A DNA stretch of 64,000 nucleotides, from assembly GCA_040437565.1 (NCBI GenBank), contig JBDOQK010000070.1, positions 1-64,000 on the forward strand, given 5' to 3'. Shown here in pieces: positions 9,809 through 20,260 of the stretch. This stretch comes from Albugo candida. Lineage: Eukaryota. The position numbers and the translations under genes were made by a program. Numbering within the stretch: the stretch's first letter is position 1; each line of letters starts with the position of its first letter. The notes under the pieces are model-generated. The model saw only the letters and a program-made list of their open reading frames with translations, ran no database searches and was not told the DNA's origin.

Positions 9809-12296
9809 ATGGGCTGTAAACAATCTAACGAAATTAACGTCGCTCCAACTCGTACCTGGCGGATTCGAAAGGGGCTACCGGATCGTCCTCATCATAAAAA
9901 GAAACAGCTCGCTGTGAACGGACAAGCAGGACCTCAGAGTTATTCGTCCAGCAATGATAATCTCACTTCGGATCTCATACAACACAAATACGTCGATGAC
10001 ATAGCGGACAGCCTCGAGTTTCAAGAAACAATTGGCTCTGGACATTTCGGGTGCGTAAAGCGTGCAATTAGTCGTTCTTCAGGAAAAGAATGGGCTGTGA
10101 AGGTCGTCCAGCTGCAAAATACCATGGACAAAGAAAGTCTAAAAAATGAACTTGACATTCTTAAGCGCCTACATCATCCTCATATCGTACGCGTAATTGG
10201 ATCGTGCGAAGACTCGGTACAACTGTACATGATCATGCAACTTTGCAGGGGCAAATCTCTCTTTGAGCACTTGTATCAAGAAAAACGTATCTTCACCGAG
10301 GATGAGGTGAAACGAATGATTCGATGCTTACTTCGTGCGATCGCGTTCCTACATTCCAACCTCATCATCCATCGCGACTTGAAATTAGAAAACCTTCTTT
10401 TAGAACAAAGTGAATCGATTGGGACGCTAAAACTTTGCGATTTCGGGTTGAGCACACGTTTTAAAAAGGGCGAGAAACTCGTCCGATCGCTGGGTACCAT
10501 CGACTACATTGCACCTGAGGTTTTGGAAGGAGAGTATACTGAAAAATGTGATTTATGGAGTGTGGGTGTCATATGTTACGAATTACTTACGGGAATCTCT
10601 CCATTTCGATGTCCCACAACGGACGAAACGATGAAAAAGATTTTCGACCCTGTCCTCATCTTTCACGATTCTATCTGGAAAAAGTACTCTTCTGAAGCAA
10701 TCTGTTTCATAAAAGCTCTCGTGAGAGAAGACATACATACACGGCTATCCGCAGAACAAGCACTGGAGCATAAATGGCTCCAAGAAACCCTCNNNNNNNN
10801 NNNNNNNNNNNNNNNNNNNNNNNNNNNNNNNNNNNNNNNNNNNNNNNNNNNNNNNNNNNNNNNNNNNNNNNNNNNNNNNNNNNNNNNNNNNNCACAAATA
10901 CGTCGATGACATAGCGGACAGCCTCGAGTTTCAAGAAACAATTGGCTCTGGACATTTCGGGTGCGTAAAGCGTGCAATTAGTCGTTCTTCAGGAAAAGAA
11001 TGGGCTGTGAAGGTCGTCCAGCTGCAAAATACCATGGACAAAGAAAGTCTAAAAAATGAACTTGACATTCTTAAGCGCCTACATCATCCTCATATCGTAC
11101 GCGTAATTGGATCGTGCGAAGACTCGGTACAACTGTACATGATCATGCAACTTTGCAGGGGCAAATCTCTCTTTGAGCACTTGTATCAAGAAAAACGTAT
11201 CTTCACCGAGGATGAGGTGAAACGAATGATTCGATGCTTACTTCGTGCGATCGCGTTCCTACATTCCAACCTCATCATCCATCGCGACTTGAAATTAGAA
11301 AACCTTCTTTTAGAACAAAGTGAATCGATTGGGACGCTAAAACTTTGCGATTTCGGGTTGAGCACACGTTTTAAAAAGGGCGAGAAACTCGTCCGATCGC
11401 TGGGTACCATCGACTACATTGCACCTGAGGTTTTGGAAGGAGAGTATACTGAAAAATGTGATTTATGGAGTGTGGGTGTCATATGTTACGAATTACTTAC
11501 GGGAATCTCTCCATTTCGATGTCCCACAACGGACGAAACGATGAAAAAGATTTTCGACCCTGTCCTCATCTTTCACGATTCTATCTGGAAAAAGTACTCT
11601 TCTGAAGCAATCTGTTTCATAAAAGCTCTCGTGAGAGAAGACATACATACACGGCTATCCGCAGAACAAGCACTGGAGCATAAATGGCTCCAAGAAACCC
11701 TCGCTCCTGAGAGTGAGGAAGCTATATCACTTGCCGAGCAGAAACGAATTTTGCTTGGGAATATGCTTCATTTCAGTGCGTGTAGGAAGATCAAGCAAAC
11801 GGCTTTATTATCGGTGGCATTGGGAATATCGGAAGCGCATACACAGCAGGAAATTGCTTCAAAAGTTTTTCATTCGATGGACACAAATAAGAACGGAACA
11901 CTCTGTCCTGCTGAATTCTCTGCCTCGTTAATCGACTGCAAAATCACGGAACGAGAAGCTCGTGATCTCTTCCACCGAATCAATCAGAGCAGAACCGGTC
12001 GAATCAATTTTTTAGAGTTTATGGCTGCTGTTATGGACGAGCGAGATATTGGACAAAACACAATGAGAGAAGCATTTGGGTTATTAGATGGAGAGCATTG
12101 TGGTCGATTATCAATGATTGGGCTCCACGATGTCTTTAAGCATTCGCTGCTTCCGCATGAGGCGAAGGAGATGATACAGTCTGTCGATACAAACGGGGAC
12201 GGGTACGTGAATTTCCAGCAGTTTCAGGAGCTTTTCGCGAGAGCGGAAGAGGCTGTCACCGAAAATGAATCAAATTGTTCCGAAAAAGACGCATAG
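9809..12296 (+). CDS. Calcium-dependent protein kinase (single gene; about 810 bp repeated across the gap at 10793-10892)
   Basis: N-terminal MGC acylation motif, GSGHFG, AVK, HRDLKLEN, DFG, APE, DLWSVG, then a junction and EF-hands (DTNKNGTL, DTNGDGYV). Confidence 0.93.
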
Positions 12297-12348
12297 AAAA
12301 TACGATACTTTTAACCAATCGCAAGTCACTCGTTCGTTTCTGATACAA

Positions 12349-13350
12349 ATGACAGTGGCACTACCGAACAGTATTGCAAATACGAATCTTTTGCTTGTGT
12401 TCTCGTTGCTGTCTATTGGGGCTCTATTGTTGGTCCTTTTCCACCCAAAATGTACGTTTTTCTTCCGTCGACGACACATAAGTCTGCTGCACCATTCGAC
12501 GGTGCAGAGAGTTTTAATTTGGGCGCTGCTACTTTGCAGCACAGGATGTTTACTGTTGGGCTTTGCATTGGAATTGTACCACTCGTTTGAGTGCCCTAAT
12601 AGTAAGATTTTTCAGGTGGAAACACAGGCACTCGCTCGTTTTCTCTATGAATTCTGTCGCGAGCAGAGTGTACCGTATTGGATCGTATTTGGCACATTAT
12701 TATTCGTGCTTCGTCATTGGACACAAATACCGGCTGGAGATACCGATTCCGATATTGCGATCGATAAATCGCAATTGTTGAAGCAATTTGGCTCGATTTC
12801 GAATCTCACGAGTGGTATTCGTATCGCAGCAATGGAGAAGTTACAGACACGATCTGTATTTGTGCATTACATCGAAAGCCGCGAATTGATACAAATCTTC
12901 TTTACGCCTACTCTTCATGGACCACACGCTGATATGTGGCTGTATCATCAAGAAATCGATCATGTCGATGGAGTGACAACTCGCTGGATGGTCCATACGG
13001 ATCGAACCATTCGAGCGAAAAGGCTGCCGTATGATCAGATATTCCCTCTTCTTGTCGATGAAAGTCTTTTTCTCAACACTCCGGTGAATTTGCCTCGGAA
13101 TGCAACGTATTTGGCACAAGCAGAGTATGGATCGTCGTTTATAGAGCCGTTAGTCACTCGTTTGGAGTGTATGGAGAACGTATGGAATGGGTTTTGCTTC
13201 TACAAGGATCCCACGCGGTTTTTTTCGTATGGTTTGTTGTTTTGTATCCTTACATTTGGCATCAGTTTCTATCTCATAAAGCACGTCAACGTTCATCGTT
13301 CTATTTCGCGTATGGAGCGTACACGAATTAAGGACGTTTATAGAATCTAG
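12349..13350 (+). CDS. LicD/fukutin-related nucleotidyltransferase-fold membrane protein
   Basis: YWIVFGTLL..LRH...IPAGDTDSDIAI resembles the LicD signature. Two N-terminal and one C-terminal hydrophobic segments. Confidence 0.7.
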   Translation: MTVALPNSIANTNLLLVFSLLSIGALLLVLFHPKCTFFFRRRHISLLHHSTVQRVLIWALLLCSTGCLLLGFALELYHSFECPNSKIFQVETQALARFLYEFCREQSVPYWIVFGTLLFVLRHWTQIPAGDTDSDIAIDKSQLLKQFGSISNLTSGIRIAAMEKLQTRSVFVHYIESRELIQIFFTPTLHGPHADMWLYHQEIDHVDGVTTRWMVHTDRTIRAKRLPYDQIFPLLVDESLFLNTPVNLPRNATYLAQAEYGSSFIEPLVTRLECMENVWNGFCFYKDPTRFFSYGLLFCILTFGISFYLIKHVNVHRSISRMERTRIKDVYRI

Positions 13351-13359
13351 ATTAGTGTT

Positions 13360-14027
13360 CTACATTGTATTGTCCAGTAGCGCTTCCAATTCGGTCCACT
13401 CCATTGCTTCTAGTTCTTTGTTGTGCATAAAACTACCACGTTCTACTTTATCCAGAAACAAAACGCCGTCCAAGTGGTCCATTTCATGTTGAAAAACTCG
13501 AGCTGGAAATCCTCGCAGCGTACACGTTTCCGTCTTTCCTATATTCGTTGAATACTGCACATGTATCTCGCGAGATCGTGCAACAATCCCTGAATAATGT
13601 GGTACACTCAAACATCCTTCAAAATCTTTTTCCGTTTCCTTTGAGAAATATGTGATTTTGGGATTGATAATTTCGTTGAAAGCCGACGCATTGGACTCGT
13701 CCATACTCATCAGAAAAATGCGCATACTCTGACCGAGTTGTGGCGCAGCAATACCGACACCGTCGTGCTGGATCTGTACATTGATTTTTAATCGATTGCG
13801 ACCACATGCAAAGCGACTTACAACTTGCTTGCGCATAGCTTCCACCAATTGCTTTATTGCTGGACATTTCCAATCAACAACAGGCTCACAAATTCGACGT
13901 AAAGCTGAATATATGAAATACACAAATCAAAGGGAAAAAAGCACACAAACGCTATCTACGAAAGTGAATGTAGCGCACCGGAATTTCCAAGAAATACCAA
14001 CTCGAGCGGTGTTTTAGCGAAACTCAT
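13360..14027 (-). CDS. PDF: Peptide deformylase, spliced (start codon uncertain)
   Basis: Motifs GVGIAAPQ, EGCLS and HEMDH. Exon 1 (MSFAKTPLELVFLGNS) splices to ALRRICEPV. There is a probable second in-frame 48-nt GTAAGT...CAG intron. Confidence 0.9.
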
Positions 14028-14130
14028 TCGAGCGTAATGTGTAAAAACTTCCGCCAATCCGGTTGCTTCATTTGCACAATCAAGCGAATGGATTGGATAA
14101 GAGTCCGTATTATATCCAATCATAAACGTC

Positions 14131-15771
14131 CTAGACACAAGCCAATTTCGTATCGCAGCTGCTAAGACATGTGGCAAACGCTTGGAACGGGGAAAGCGGC
14201 CATTGGAAATCCATAGTGAACATATCATCAGCCACGCGACCAAACTGGAGTATATTGCCCATAGAGGGGTCCTCGGAATTGATCAATTGAAAGTTTTTGA
14301 CACTCGCCATAGACACCCGACCGCCAAAATCGAGGCAATACGCTCCAAGATCTTCTCGAAATACGGGCTCTCTATTGGAGAATCGCATCAAATCACGGTA
14401 GTCTCCGCTCTGCAATCGATGCACCAGACGATCTTGACGACTCATTGGTCTCACAATTTTGGAGCTGCTATTCTCGTCAACTGATGGAATCACAACTCGC
14501 ATTTTGCGTGGTCCAATGCTGGTGCGATTTGGCTCGTACGTGATACATCCAAGCTCTTCTCGTATTTGAAATACATTCTGTGCAGCTTCTTCGGTAACAG
14601 CATCTTGAATCTTGGCAATTTTTTGCGGATCACGTCCGTTATCGTACATTGTGAAACAAGTTCCCAAAAAATTGGAGCCCATTCGTCCAATACGCTTGAT
14701 ACAATTTTTATCCGTGAAAATCGTGTAATTGGCTGTCATGTTGGACCGTAGCTGTCTTCTTGCGGCTAACAGAAAACGATCTTCGTCTTGTGTCCCGGCT
14801 TGAGCTTGGAGGTACAATTCATACCCATACTGCTTAAACAGACCACGATACACTTGCTTGACATAACATCGAATGATACCAGCATCTAAAGGGATCGGAT
14901 GTAACGCAGTTCGATCGATGTCTTGAAGTTCTAATTTCTGAAGCGGTTGTAAGACCAATGGATCACAAATACCTCGACACAATGGACAGCTTCCCGATTG
15001 ACCAAGCCAAGCCATAATACACCGATAATGAACCAATGCACCAGTACATTGACCAAGACAAGGTAATGGGTACGCTTTTCTTCGCGCAGAGAAATCGTCC
15101 ATACAAATCAAACAGCCTTCTATCTCAGCATTCGAGAACGCTCTATCTTCACTGATCGAGCCTTCCAATTTACTTTTACTCCCTTGTCGTCCTGTCGATC
15201 CCACGGAGAGCGTATCTGCTTTATCTTCATCCTCATCACACTCTTTTTTTTCCTCAAATGTCATTTTAATCTCATGAATCAAAGTTGGAGAAAACGTCTC
15301 GTCCCCGTTCGTCATCGCGCGACGCCGCGGCGAAAAAGTCGCTAAATCGGGTCGGGAGTCCTCAAAGGCTCTTGGCGAGTGATGCACGACGGCACTTTGC
15401 ATAGTACGAGGACTTGAGACCGCGACATGAGTGTCCATATTTTCTGGTCGTAAATTTCCATTCCGCTGGAAAGAAAACGCTCTTCCAAAACGCGAATTTG
15501 TACGTTTTCGGTTAAGATTTCTGATATGAGGCGATATGGCGGACGTTAAGACTTCTTCATACTGTCGGAGGAGATTCACGCCACTCGTTTCGGTGTCAGA
15601 AGCAGTAATGGTCGCATTGGATAGAGGGAGATGAGAAGTATCGACTGAGACTTGTGGTGCTCCCTCAATTGTATCGGTGTCTCTCATTTCGTTAATGCAC
15701 AGAGTCGCGCTTTTCCGCTTTCGACTGCGTTTTTTCTCTTTTCTTATTTTAGAAGTCTTATTTTTACCCAA
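14131..15771 (-). CDS. RING finger (C4HC3/RINGv-like) plus C-terminal Tubby domain protein
   Basis: RING: CLIC...PCLGQC...HYRC..W.....CPLC. Tubby motifs: FLLAARR, SNFLGTCFT.YD.G, GPRKM, YCLDFGGRVSMASVKNFQL, FTMDFQWPLSPFQAF and FDTKLAC-like end. The ORF begins at TTG; the first ATG is at 15687. Confidence 0.9.
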   Translation of the reverse strand: MGKNKTSKIRKEKKRSRKRKSATLCINEMRDTDTIEGAPQVSVDTSHLPLSNATITASDTETSGVNLLRQYEEVLTSAISPHIRNLNRKRTNSRFGRAFSFQRNGNLRPENMDTHVAVSSPRTMQSAVVHHSPRAFEDSRPDLATFSPRRRAMTNGDETFSPTLIHEIKMTFEEKKECDEDEDKADTLSVGSTGRQGSKSKLEGSISEDRAFSNAEIEGCLICMDDFSARRKAYPLPCLGQCTGALVHYRCIMAWLGQSGSCPLCRGICDPLVLQPLQKLELQDIDRTALHPIPLDAGIIRCYVKQVYRGLFKQYGYELYLQAQAGTQDEDRFLLAARRQLRSNMTANYTIFTDKNCIKRIGRMGSNFLGTCFTMYDNGRDPQKIAKIQDAVTEEAAQNVFQIREELGCITYEPNRTSIGPRKMRVVIPSVDENSSSKIVRPMSRQDRLVHRLQSGDYRDLMRFSNREPVFREDLGAYCLDFGGRVSMASVKNFQLINSEDPSMGNILQFGRVADDMFTMDFQWPLSPFQAFATCLSSCDTKLACV

Positions 15772-15857
15772 TTGTACTTGGAATCAGATCTGTGAATCTT
15801 ATCTGTCTTTTTGATTCGTGGATATTTATAAACCGACATCGGATTGGATAATCAATA

Positions 15858-16905
15858 ATGATGTCGAAGACGAACGAAATGGAAGAATTCTCACTCGAAG
15901 AAACGGATGAGGACGTCGATGCAGTAAACGATCTGGACGAGAGTAGTACTAGCGATTCTGATTCTGATTTTGAGCAATCGGAAGCGCCTACTAGCGCCAA
16001 AAAAAGGCAAAAATTGAGCGAGAAATCATCGGCGAAACGAGTGATAAACGTGAAGCCGAAATCGACTAAATCTCCGGTGAAACCAGCGGCAAAGAGCGGG
16101 AGTGAGGATATTCGCGATCCAGAAGCGCATGTGTTGGAGTATATGCGTCGAGTTATGTCGATTTCGCTCGTTTTCACACCAATTTTCTGATTGTAATGTC
16201 ATTTGATCGCAGACCAATCGACCGTATAGCGTACTGAATGTATACGAAAATCTGCATCGAAATATACCGAAAACGATGCTGACGAGACATTTGGATTCAC
16301 TCGTCACAAAGTGTGTATGTTGCAACGCAACGGAATCAATCGCTCATCATTTTGTGTAGTGAACAACTCGTCGGTAAAGTATACGGAAAGACAAAGATAT
16401 ATTATGTCAATCAAATGGGAATCCAACTTCCTTCCGAGGAACAGCGGCGTGAGACAGAAGACGATATCAAAAAGATCGAAGGCGATTGTGCGGCGATGGA
16501 GAAGAAATCTCGCGATGCTGAGGCATTATTAGCGAGCATTCATTCTGAAATCTCGGATGAGAATCTGAATGTAAAGATTGAAAGCCTGGAGAAAGAGATC
16601 GAAACGATACAGCAGGTTGTGGACCAATTTGATGGAAAAGAACGGGTGATCATCCCCCCCGAGCAGAAGCAACGTCTGAAGCAAAACTTTACCAAATTTC
16701 GGGTACTTTCGATGCACTGCGAAAGCATGTACCGTAATTCATTTGTTAGGCGGCGTGGATCTCTCGCAAACGTTTGGCGATGGATGCGGTAGAGCAGATT
16801 GCAGAGGGAATGGAGAAAAAGCCGAAAGACGTGTTGAAGCTGTGTGACATCGAAACGGATGCAGAATACGGAATCAGTTCCATTCCATCGGCATTGGTGG
16901 TCTGA
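15858..16905 (+). CDS. HOP2: HOP2/TBPIP meiotic recombination protein, multi-exon
   Basis: Spliced winged-helix segments VLEYMR|TNRPYS..NVYENLH and GKVYGKTKIYY, followed by a coiled coil and a terminal W..RKRLA.D....I.E...K region. Confidence 0.8.
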
Positions 16906-16935
16906 TTCTTGAAAGGTTTTGAAAGTCAATGTCAG

Positions 16936-17223
16936 CTATTGGTATTTTACACGACGCTCTTCGAGTTGACGCGCTCTCCGTTCCTACGAATTGAGTAAGC
17001 GATTGATTGGACGATTGTGTGATCTCACGAACCTTTGCGCATTTCTTATATCGTATGAAGAACTCTTGACACTGATTCCGATCCTCCAAATTCTCTACAA
17101 AAACGAGAGTACTATCGCTTTGTGTGCATTTCTCTGCGTACCTAATAGACATTTCAATGAGTCTTTTTGTAATTCCGCACATTCCTGTAGCACTCTATCA
17201 TTCTGTCGCTCTACCAAATACAT
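16936..17223 (-). CDS. Small twin-Cx9C mitochondrial intermembrane-space protein (COX23-like), spliced; start uncertain
   Basis: Splicing gives ECAELQKDSLKCLLENLEDRNQCQEFFIRYKKCAK-ERRARQLEERRVKYQ*, containing two Cx9C motifs. Confidence 0.75.
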
Positions 17224-17465
17224 CAACGCGGCACACGAACCGCATTTTCAAATTTCGACGCCACCATACGATCTATCCTACTTTAATCTCCCCCATTAAA
17301 CAAGGTCACATCCTACTCCTACGTGTAAAACACCATTTCCCACTGACTTTTTTGCTGACTCCAAAATGGCGCCTTTGCGCTTCCAAACTAAAAACAGGCG
17401 ACAGGGACCAAAATAACTCGAATTGGGGCACAGGTTCCAACGCCCAACTACATACCAACCTCCTC

Positions 17466-18785
17466 ATGGTACACCAGCGAGTACGTTGCGTGAAAACACC
17501 GCAAACGGCTAAAAAAGCTCCTACCATTTCGACCCGAGCAGCTGAAATTCTCAAGGAATTGGAGGTACTACAATGGCATAAAATCGAGAATGAAGCAGCA
17601 CTGAAAGCAGCCTTAATCAAGAGCAATCAATCAAAGCAGCAGGAGCTCACAGAATCGATTCTATCGACGGAACGAAAAGCCCGCGAAAGAAAGCTCCGAA
17701 TGGAAGCGATCATTGAGGAAGAGAGAATGAAGCCATTACACCTGAAACCGAGCGATTTGGAACAGATAGAGAAGAAGGAGCGTACAGACACACTTCAACT
17801 TGAATCCGACATTGAAAGACACGTCGTACAGCTGCGGAGACTCCGTCAAAAGTTCGAAGAAAGACAAAGCCTCCACGCTCGTACTCGACGATACCAGCAG
17901 CAATATAAAAAGCTCAGCGGTCGTGCGGACACGAAAATCGATCGAATGCCATCGTCCGAGCGTGCACCTACCACTGAAATCGATCCAAAGATCGGTATCA
18001 TCGGAAAAAGCGCTGAAAACGCTCTGAAAAGCCTCGACACTTTGATCGATTTGGAGACGCGAATCGCACGCCTGGAAACTGGGAATCCATCATTTCCGAC
18101 AAAGAATCCATTCGTCAGCAGTCAACGAACACACTCATCCACTCCTAAACGCAAACAAAACAGAAAGGAACCCGTACGTCGATCGAAATCCCACACAAAA
18201 ACACGAACATCGTACTCCATTCCATTGACATTTCTAACAGCAATTCCCGACCAAAAACTGCGTCAAATCCGTCGAATGAACGACAGACAGCGTCGTGAAT
18301 ACCTCAAACGCGACAAAATCGTTGTAACGCAGCAACATGCTCGAAAACAAGACGTTGTCATCGCGCAATGGCTCGAGCAAAAGAGGAAAGCGGCAGTCAT
18401 ACGAAAGCGTATATCGACAGCAACGCGTTCGCAACACCGTACGCCTCGTACCCAACCTCCAAAAGTAATGGCTCCTCTCGTGGGCGCAGCTTCCGGTCGA
18501 CGCGTAACAAACGTTTACATGCAGCGATTCGAACGTATGAAACGTGAAATCCAACAGCGAAAAGAAGCTGTACGTCCGCCGCCAATTCCTCCGTCTCCGT
18601 CCATTTCTCACGCTTCGTTTCGTCCATTCACGCGACCACACACACGTCCAAAACCTATCGATAGAAAGCCTTCCATTCGCACGACAACGTTCCATGCAAC
18701 ACCACTCGTTCCATCGCATCGATACAAACAAACAAAGCCTCGTTTACCTCCATTAGACCTTGGGATTTCCGCGGCAGCGCGGTGA
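17466..18785 (+). CDS. Hypothetical basic coiled-coil protein with Pro-rich tail
   Basis: Uninterrupted ORF of about 440 codons with heptad-rich segments. No family recognised. Confidence 0.7.
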   Translation: MVHQRVRCVKTPQTAKKAPTISTRAAEILKELEVLQWHKIENEAALKAALIKSNQSKQQELTESILSTERKARERKLRMEAIIEEERMKPLHLKPSDLEQIEKKERTDTLQLESDIERHVVQLRRLRQKFEERQSLHARTRRYQQQYKKLSGRADTKIDRMPSSERAPTTEIDPKIGIIGKSAENALKSLDTLIDLETRIARLETGNPSFPTKNPFVSSQRTHSSTPKRKQNRKEPVRRSKSHTKTRTSYSIPLTFLTAIPDQKLRQIRRMNDRQRREYLKRDKIVVTQQHARKQDVVIAQWLEQKRKAAVIRKRISTATRSQHRTPRTQPPKVMAPLVGAASGRRVTNVYMQRFERMKREIQQRKEAVRPPPIPPSPSISHASFRPFTRPHTRPKPIDRKPSIRTTTFHATPLVPSHRYKQTKPRLPPLDLGISAAAR

Positions 18786-19017
18786 TGCGTCTGTGGGAAG
18801 AAGAGATGTGCTGGCTGTAAAGGCGCTTGCGTGAGGCTTTTGGTGCGCGATGACTGCGATTTAGAGTCATCTGATGCACGGAACCGTAGGAAAAGCCTCT
18901 GAAACTGATTTAAATGCTGTCATCTCTCTCCCAATTGGCGTGCAGTACGCTTTGCATTGTGTCTGCGCGTAATTTGTATCGAAACGTATTGGACGCTCAG
19001 TGTGGCATTTCGACGCA

Positions 19018-20142
19018 ATGAGAGCATTACAAAGCGATTCCGAGCGCGAAAATGATCGAAACACAGCAAAACAGCAATTGAAATTAATTCGACTTCGGAA
19101 AGACATTCAAAAGCTTTTGGCCACACGACAACGTCTCGAGCCGAATCGTTTGTCGACCGACTTTCACGATACTGTCGCTGGCATCGCGCGTGCGTATTAC
19201 GAGGTGTTCCGTAGCGGATACATCGCCGAGAACGCATCGATATCGGCGCATGGCGACGTTCCTTCGTTCCTGTACGCTGTCNNNNNNNNNNNNNNNNNNN
19301 NNNNNNNNNNNNNNNNNNNNNNNNNNNNNNNNNNNNNNNNNNNNNNNNNNNNNNNNNNNNNNNNNNNNNNNNNNNNNNNNNTTGGACGCTCAGTGTGGCA
19401 TTTCGACGCAATGAGAGCATTACAAAGCGATTCCGAGCGCGAAAATGATCGAAACACAGCAAAACAGCAATTGAAATTAATTCGACTTCGGAAAGACATT
19501 CAAAAGCTTTTGGCCACACGACAACGTCTCGAGCCGAATCGTTTGTCGACCGACTTTCACGATACTGTCGCTGGCATCGCGCGTGCGTATTACGAGGTGT
19601 TCCGTAGCGGATACATCGCCGAGAACGCATCGATATCGGCGCATGGCGACGTTCCTTCGTTCCTGTACGCTGTCATCGACACAAAGATGCGTGCAGGTTC
19701 CCATCAGGGAATTCATCTGATGTTTATGCAATGGCAGCGATATACGGAAATGCTGGCGTTCTCACACTTTACGCTGTGCTCACTGAGCATTGTGCCTACG
19801 GATGGAAACGTTGTGGTCAAGACACGAGGCTCCTTCCGCTTTGTGGTGACGCGAGATACAATGAGTGGCATCTTTCCGCATGTGTTGGGGAACGAAATGC
19901 TTCTTCAGCGCATTTTGGGCTTACGATTGGAATGCGATTGTCAAATCGATTTGTACTTTGACGCGTGCGGACGTGTGGTGCGTTACAGCGAATTCGCAGA
20001 CTTTATGGGCGCATTTGCGATCGCACTGACAAATGTCGCGGATTTGTCGTTTCTGATGGACGGCGCATTGATACACGAGGAAAGTATGCTGGGAAACGAA
20101 GCGGATTTCGCGATGGATACACGCGATATCGATGTGCCCTGA
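19018..20142 (+). CDS. Oomycete-type bZIP-like protein (zipper plus conserved C-terminal alpha/beta domain); start uncertain; gap overlap inside
   Basis: Leucine heptads, then YYEVFR.GY, QW.RYT, IFPHV and F...GRV..Y...ADF, all shared with the paralog at 22126-23230. Confidence 0.7.
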   Translation: MRALQSDSERENDRNTAKQQLKLIRLRKDIQKLLATRQRLEPNRLSTDFHDTVAGIARAYYEVFRSGYIAENASISAHGDVPSFLYAVXXXXXXXXXXXXXXXXXXXXXXXXXXXXXXXXXXGRSVWHFDAMRALQSDSERENDRNTAKQQLKLIRLRKDIQKLLATRQRLEPNRLSTDFHDTVAGIARAYYEVFRSGYIAENASISAHGDVPSFLYAVIDTKMRAGSHQGIHLMFMQWQRYTEMLAFSHFTLCSLSIVPTDGNVVVKTRGSFRFVVTRDTMSGIFPHVLGNEMLLQRILGLRLECDCQIDLYFDACGRVVRYSEFADFMGAFAIALTNVADLSFLMDGALIHEESMLGNEADFAMDTRDIDVP

Positions 20143-20260
20143 AAGAGAGGTCGTAGAGGAGATAAAAGGCTTGCGTTGACAATTTAAAGTAGCGAAATTC
20201 ACTGCCGCGTACTGTTTTTATTGCATGTTTCCTGGACCCAAAATAGCGTGTTTGAATCGG

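Noticed and set aside
9983..11702. Apparent tandem kinase duplication or double-kinase CDPK
   Set aside because: The identical copies of about 810 bp directly flank a 100-N gap, indicating an unmerged contig overlap.
18989..19674. Internal repeat in the bZIP-like gene
   Set aside because: It is an identical duplication across the gap at 19282-19381.
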